A stretch of DNA of 63,023 nt, counting the filler, from Thraustochytrium aureum (lineage: Eukaryota): NCBI GenBank assembly GCA_012862495.1. It is 4 parts of 3 records of this genome, joined end to end, with 100 filler letters (N's around TTAATTAATTAA, not from the genome) between each part and the next. Parts side by side here need not be neighbours in the genome. Positions count along the whole stretch, not along the records: positions 50,908 to 60,275 come from BLSG01000324.1; positions 60,376 to 63,023 come from BLSG01000325.1; 2 more parts are not named here. One strand, 5' to 3'. Position 1 is the stretch's first letter, and every line of letters starts with the position of its first letter. Position numbers and translations under genes: made by a program. The notes beneath the pieces were generated by a model. It had not been told where the DNA came from, searched no databases, and saw nothing but the letters and a program-made list of their open reading frames with translations. Shown here piece by piece: positions 57,841-63,023 of the stretch.

Positions 57841-58647
57841 ATGGCTGAGGAGCGTGCCAACTACGACTTTGGCCTCGACGCCGAGCTCAAAGCCAAAGAA
57901 GACGCCAAGCGCGACCCAGCCCTGGAGAGCAAGGTCCGCGGCTTCCTCGAGGAGCTGTCCGGGCTCAAGCTGCAGGGCGGATTCCTGGAGAGCCTCCGCG
58001 ACGGCATCGCCCTCTGCCGCGCCATGAACGCCGTCAAGCCCGGCACCATCGCCAAGATCAACGAAAAGGTTGACGGCAAGCCGTTCCTCGCCCGCGAAAA
58101 CATCTCCAACTTTCTCAAAGGCTGCCGCGGACTCGGCATGCGCGAAAACGACCTCTTCACCACGCCCGACCTCTACGACCTGCGCAGCCCTGTCAACGTT
58201 GCCACCGGCGTGGTCAACTTCTCCCGCGCTGCCACCAAGGCGGGCTTCCGCGGGCCGTCCATTGCGCCGAAAGAGTCCCTCGGGGGCAAGGTCAAGCGCT
58301 GGAGCATCAACGCGCGCAACTCGGCTGTGTCCAAGCTCAACATGGGCTCCAAGGGCATCATGGAGAAGACCGCCATTGACGCCTCGCGGGACATCAACTT
58401 TGGGGCCAAGATGAGCGGCACCCCCAAGGCCTCGAGCGCCGTGCCGGCTCTCAACAACGGTTCGTACGGCATCCAGGACAAGCCGCACATCTCCAAGCCC
58501 GGCATCACCTTTGGCGCCGATAACGCGGGCGCCTCCTCGGCGCCCAACGAGGTTGGCCGCCTAGGCCTCGGCTCGAAGGGCATCATGGAGAGTGTCCACA
58601 TCTCGGCCAGCGGGCCGACCTTCGGCGCGGATGCTGGCCGGTCCTGA
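57841..58647 (+). CDS. Calponin/transgelin-like protein (type 3 CH domain + three calponin-like repeats)
   Basis: FGLDAELKAK...LRDGIALCRAMNAVKPG...RENISNFLKGCRGLG...LFTTPDLYD. C-terminal repeats LNMGSKG...NFGA, LNNGSYG...TFGAD, LGLGSKG...TFGAD. Confidence 0.9.
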   Translation: MAEERANYDFGLDAELKAKEDAKRDPALESKVRGFLEELSGLKLQGGFLESLRDGIALCRAMNAVKPGTIAKINEKVDGKPFLARENISNFLKGCRGLGMRENDLFTTPDLYDLRSPVNVATGVVNFSRAATKAGFRGPSIAPKESLGGKVKRWSINARNSAVSKLNMGSKGIMEKTAIDASRDINFGAKMSGTPKASSAVPALNNGSYGIQDKPHISKPGITFGADNAGASSAPNEVGRLGLGSKGIMESVHISASGPTFGADAGRS

Positions 58648-58663
58648 AGCGTCTCGTGGGCTC

Positions 58664-58750
58664 GTGCGTGCGTGCAAGGTGCGTGCGTGCAACGGTGCGT
58701 GCGTGCAAGGGTGCGTGCGTGCAAGGGTGCGTGCGTGCAAGGGTGCGTGG
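58664..58750 (+). repeat. 15-16 bp tandem repeat (GTGCGTGCGTGCAAGG) about 5 copies, in the calponin 3' region
   Basis: Directly visible tandem array. Confidence 0.9.
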
Positions 58751-59084
58751 TTGAACATAATGCACGCGTGCGCTCGGTCTGTGTCGCGTTTTGGCTACAG
58801 AACCGGTAAAAAGAAACCTGAAAACTAGCTTTGATTGTTTGACACGTCACGAAACGCCCGACCCGAGCAGCGAACGCGGACCACCGAAGCGCCCTGCAGC
58901 GGGGTTGGCGTGAGGTAAGGCCGGTGCGCGGCCGGATGCGGGGAGCCACAAGCTCGAGCCAAGGCCCGTTCACAAAACCCAGGCTCTTCCAGCCACCTTT
59001 GTCGAGGCTAGGAGGTCTTGTCAGTAACAAGCGCCCTCGCCATGCAAGGCCGGGCCGGTGGCGCCCCTGCTTCACGGACGGCTG

Positions 59085-60275
59085 CTAGTGGTCCAAAATG
59101 TCCCATTCCTCCTGGTCGGCATCCTGCGTCCGCTTCACTGCCACAGACGACACCGGCTGGCACCGGGACGCAGAGACGTCGATCTCCACCGACTGGCCCT
59201 CGGGAACGAGCATCCACTTTGGGCGTCCCTCATGCGGTTTGCTGCGGCTGTCAAAGTCTCCCGCGCGGTACAGGGGACAAAGTCGGCACCAGTGAAGGTC
59301 CGGAATGTACGTGAGAACAAAATAGTACTGGCCGGACTCGTCGTTTCGAGGCTGCATCTTGGCGCAGTGCTCCCAAACCCCGCGATGCTCAGCACGCACA
59401 GCTTCGACCTCGGCAGCGTCTGCGAGCGCCTCGGCGGCGCGATCAGGCACAACAGAGTTGCTTTGCTCGGCTTGGCCTCCAGCCGCCACCGGGGCCAGAG
59501 CCGGCCCAAGGAACGCGAGGCGGGACGCGTAGCTGGGCTTGCGCTGGAGCTGTACCACCTGGTTCACCAAGGTGAGCATCTCGGGCGACAAGTTGCTCTT
59601 GCCGGCCACACTTTCCTTGTAGAACCGCAGCTGCTCCTCGTACTCTGCGCGCTCTTGGGTGTATCGCGTGCGGTCCGCCTCGGCAAGCTCGGAATACGCC
59701 TCCTTGGCCTCCGCAGTGAGGTCGCGCCACTCGTTTGCAATGCGGGCTGCCGCTTCTGCAAAACCAAGGTCCTGGTGAATCCCATTCACTTTGTAGTACT
59801 TGTGCCGTTCGCGCGTGAAGCACATGTAAGCGTTCCAAGGCAAGCGTGGCTTCTTGGGCTCCACGAGCTTGGGCGCCGCAAACCGCAGAGGGCTCGCCAG
59901 CCACGCCGTCATACGCGGGCCAACGATGACCGAGTTGCGCACGTACACGTTCAAAATGCTGCTGCCGTCTTCGACGACCACAAACCGCTTTGCGGCGCGC
60001 GAGGCTGGGCCCTGCTTGCAGGTCGAGGCGGCCTCGACGACCGCGTCTGTGCCCGCTTCGGAAGCAACACGGCCGCGCTTGCGCCCAGTCGGCTCTGTTG
60101 TTGCCGAACCCTTCGTTTTGCGGCTCCGCGTCGGCTTTGCCGGCACCTTGGGCTCGGGCTCGACGAACGCGAGCGCGGCGCGGAGCGGGCCTTGGCGGTG
60201 GGCGTCGTCTTGCTTTTGCATGCGGCGAATGCTGGCGCACCGCAACGAAACGGAGACGCGGGCCGCTCCCTGAGC
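59085..60275 (-). CDS. HMG-box protein with a globular C-terminal domain of unknown family; open to the contig end
   Basis: PKKPRLPWNAYMCFTRERH...GFAEAAARIANEWRDLTAEAKEAYSELAEADRTRYTQERAEY (HMG box). C-terminal YYFVLTYIPDLHWCRLCP...GRPKWMLVPEG...DADQEEW. Confidence 0.88.
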   Translation of the reverse strand, partial: AQGAARVSVSLRCASIRRMQKQDDAHRQGPLRAALAFVEPEPKVPAKPTRSRKTKGSATTEPTGRKRGRVASEAGTDAVVEAASTCKQGPASRAAKRFVVVEDGSSILNVYVRNSVIVGPRMTAWLASPLRFAAPKLVEPKKPRLPWNAYMCFTRERHKYYKVNGIHQDLGFAEAAARIANEWRDLTAEAKEAYSELAEADRTRYTQERAEYEEQLRFYKESVAGKSNLSPEMLTLVNQVVQLQRKPSYASRLAFLGPALAPVAAGGQAEQSNSVVPDRAAEALADAAEVEAVRAEHRGVWEHCAKMQPRNDESGQYYFVLTYIPDLHWCRLCPLYRAGDFDSRSKPHEGRPKWMLVPEGQSVEIDVSASRCQPVSSVAVKRTQDADQEEWDILDH

Positions 60276-60375
60276 NNNNNNNNNNNNNNNNNNNNNNNNN
60301 NNNNNNNNNNNNNNNNNNNTTAATTAATTAANNNNNNNNNNNNNNNNNNNNNNNNNNNNNNNNNNNNNNNNNNNN
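60276..60375. other. Artificial contig-joining linker (N-TTAATTAATTAA-N)
   Basis: 100 bp, stop cassette at 60320-60331. Confidence 0.95.
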
Positions 60376-61497
60376 CCCATGAGCTTTTCCCGCACGATTT
60401 GTGCCAGGGTCTCCCTCTCCTCCTCCGACTGCGCCCGCGGGCCGGATTTCGTCCCGTCGATGCGCCCGATGAGCTCTTGCTCGTCGTTAGCGTGTACGGG
60501 CTGCTGGCTCGCCTCAAAGGCCTCCGTTAGGGGCTCGCGAGGATATGCGAGTGCACTGGCAGGGTTGTTGCCCGTCCGCGCGCGGTACTCGCAGAGCACT
60601 CGCAGGAACTCTATGCTGCGCTGCAAGTCTTCGACCTCGAGCTCGAGGCTGTCAGCCATGGTCTTCTTCTTGAGGCGCCGCATCCGTGCAGAGGCCCGGT
60701 TTCGGGCGAGGCGACGGAGGCGCCGCTCTTCAGCTTCGATCTCTGCTTCCGTGGCACCGGGTTTCTTTGCGACGAGGTTGTCTTCGCTGATCTTCAATGG
60801 GCCTTGGGCTGCCTGGCCGGCTGGGCCGCTCGAGCTGCTGCTATTTGGAGCGCCGACTGGTACGCCGCGGTGGTCGTGGGACGCGGGCGCCATGCTGCCG
60901 TGAAGGAGCGCGTTTCTTGGGTTGACAAAGGGCATCCCGTCGGGTCCGTGCGAATCCTGCTCCGGAGGGTGCCTTTCGAGCGCCTGTGCGGACCGTTTCC
61001 CGCTTAAAAGCCCGAGTCTGGCGTGAGACCCCTTCATGGGCTCGTGCTCGTCCCACGAGTTGTTCATATCCTGGTAGGACATCGCTCGTTTTGGCACGCT
61101 GGCCGAGTCGCCCTGGCCGAACCCGTACGCCCCTGACGAGCCTGGCCAAGCCTGCCAGGGAGCGCCGCCGGGGGGTCCGCTGAGGTGCTGGTGCGGGACG
61201 GAGGAGAACTGGAGACCCTCGCCGCCCATGCTCGGCATCAGGTCGTCCACGTCGTCTTCTCCAGGGGAATGGGGGCGGCTCCTGCATGTGAAACGGCGCG
61301 CTCCCCATGGGCCCGCCGGGCATCTGCGGGTGCATGCTCGACGCCGCCATGTCGGACCCCGGCCCCTCGAGCTTGACGCTAGGCGGCATCGAGTTGAACG
61401 CCGGCATCGACGTCGACTTCTTCATGCCCGACCCGGACGAGGGGAACAGCACCTGCGGCGGCGTCTTCCATTCCCCAATAATCGCCCGCCGCTTCAT
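60376..61497 (-). CDS. bZIP transcription factor; frameshift near 61265 in a G run; 3' truncated
   Basis: Basic region ERRLRRLARNRASARMRRLKKK followed by the zipper LELEVEDLQRSIEFL. Met/Pro/Ser-rich N-terminus. Confidence 0.85.
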
Positions 61498-61877
61498 ATC
61501 CCCTCCCGGCGCCTCCCGCCCTTCCCGCGCCCCACCCCTGCGCGCCTTCCTGGCGCACTCTGCCCGTCCCCACCGTCTCCGCGCGCGCGCGCCAGGCCCT
61601 CCTCCTTCCTTCCTTCCTTCCCTCGCTCCTCGCCGGCGCCAACGCGCTCTGCCTGCCTGTCTCCTTGGTCGCTTGCTCGCTTGCTTGGTCGCTTGTCTCG
61701 CTGCCTCCTCTCCTCGACCCTCAGGCAATGCGTGCCTGCCTGCCTGTAGGCCTGTTGCTTGCATGCGCGGCAAACCGATTTCAATGCGCGACTCGGTTGT
61801 TTTTGGCTTGTGATTGATGGAGTTCAGGACCCTCGCGAGTCGCGATGATCGTGCCCGCGCCCGATCGGGGTGACGTT

Positions 61878-62183
61878 GTACGCCCGCCTCGGCAGGATGG
61901 ATGAGAAGTTGAGTTGAATCAAGCGGAGGAGGCGTTGATTGTGATCAAGCGGAGCAGGCGTTGGTTGATTCGGATGGGGCGCGACCTGCGACCGCACTTG
62001 GACCGCCGCCTGGCGTGGGTTGCTTCAGCGTGATCGGGTTGACGGAGTACGCCCGCCTCGGCAGAATGGATGAGGCGTTGATCCAGATCAAGCGGAGGAG
62101 GCGTTGATTCAGATCAAGCGGATGAGGCGTTGGTTGATTCGGATGGGGCGCGACCTGCGACCGCACTTGGACCGCCGCCTGGC
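61878..62183. repeat. Direct duplication of ~137 bp (period ~169 bp) with internal ~24-bp subrepeats
   Basis: gtacgcccgcctcggcag...tcaagcggaggaggcgttgatt...gttggttgattcggatggggcgcgacctgcgaccgcacttggaccgccgcctggc occurs at 61878-62014 and 62047-62183. Confidence 0.9.
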
Positions 62184-62417
62184 TGCGGACTTGCTCGCAC
62201 GGCCTGGTCACGGCCTGGGGCCCACTTGCAGAGTGCACGGGAGCTGCCAAGTTCTGATAAGTGTAGTTCTTCTGCTGCTCTAGGAGTTGGGGTGGGCGGG
62301 GCCGGCACGTGGATGGAGCGCACGGGCTTGGTGCCGAGGCCGTGCCATCGATTTGGCTCTACAAGAATTGGACCGAGGCTGTGCGCGGTGCCTTGGACCA
62401 GGCACTGCGGGACACGG

Positions 62418-63023
62418 TCAAGGCATCTTGTAGGGCTCGACGTAGGTGACGGGAATGAGCCCCTCCTTGCCGTCCAGCTCGCCGCGCCACCAAAACTCGT
62501 CCACCTTCTCGACCACCCGGATGATCGACTTCTTGACGAAAGGTAGATCGTCCTGGTCCGTGCCCTCAAACGTGTGCAGCGCCAACACGTACTCGGCATT
62601 CGAGTCGCGCGGCCTATTGTCGGCGGCGCTGGCACTGGGCCCAGGCACGGGCGAATTCGCCCGCGGAAAGCCGTCCGACCCCGCCGGCGAAGACCTGCCC
62701 CGATTCTTCCCCAGCCCACTTGGCTTTCGGGTCGTCCACCAAAGGGACGGCGTCGGAAAGCGCGGCACCCGGGGAAGACCCGCCCGAGCTCGGCGACATC
62801 CTCGAGGAGCCTCCAGAGGAGCTCAGCTGCGGCGAGCCGTCCTGCGAACGATCACCAGTGGTGTTGCCGTCCAAGTCACGGTCGTCGAACCCCTCGCTCC
62901 CGTTCTGGCTAAAACCGGGCGACGCCTGGCCGAACCTGTCCTGGCTGGTCTCGGCCGTCGACAACTGGTCCGGCGAAGGTGCCTCTGAAAAGGCCGGGGA
63001 GGCGTGCCCTTCTGAGAAGGGCC
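62418..63023 (-). CDS. C-terminal SH3-domain protein; 5' part outside the window; probable frameshift near 62770
   Basis: YVLALHTFEGTDQDDLPFVKKSIIRVVEKVDEFWWRGELDGKEGLIPVTYVE, a canonical SH3, preceded by a Ser/Pro/Gly-rich linker. Confidence 0.88.

Noticed and set aside
1300..62780. Numerous frameshifts suggesting pseudogenes or programmed frameshifting
   Set aside because: They affect conserved genes throughout (dynein, UBR, PLB, bZIP), often in GC-rich or homopolymer runs, without premature stops in the conserved frames. Sequencing error is the simplest explanation.

Overview
Draft-assembly window from a GC-rich, gene-dense, almost intron-free eukaryote. A flagellated stramenopile such as a thraustochytrid/labyrinthulomycete is the best guess (inference only). 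Three artificial 100-bp N-TTAATTAATTAA-N linkers split it into four pieces, and there are many N gaps and single-base frameshifts that look like sequencing errors. About 19 protein-coding loci are recognisable. Piece 1: phospholipase B-like, BCS1-like AAA fragment, RAD51 paralog, TPR-SKICH-HECT_2 (UBE3D-like) protein, a ~15 kb outer-arm gamma-type dynein heavy chain, and a torsin/ClpB-D2-like ATPase convergent with a membrane-anchored pseudo-AAA protein resembling the LAP1/LULL1 activators. Piece 2: ZNFX1-like helicase ending in RBR-type RING domains, a large SAP/Cys-repeat/IQ/EF-hand/C2H2/BAH protein, a probable cytochrome P450-pseudo-lipoxygenase fusion, a UBR1-type N-recognin and a GH85 ENGase fragment. 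Pieces 3-4: RAD23, BART-domain protein, six-repeat helical protein, type I membrane glycoprotein, calponin, HMG-box, bZIP and SH3 proteins. Top candidates for novelty are the P450-(pseudo)LOX fusion, the torsin/activator-like pair, the ZNFX1-RBR helicase-ligase and the calmodulin-motif/chromatin-reader protein. All domain calls are by eye from motifs; no searches were run.
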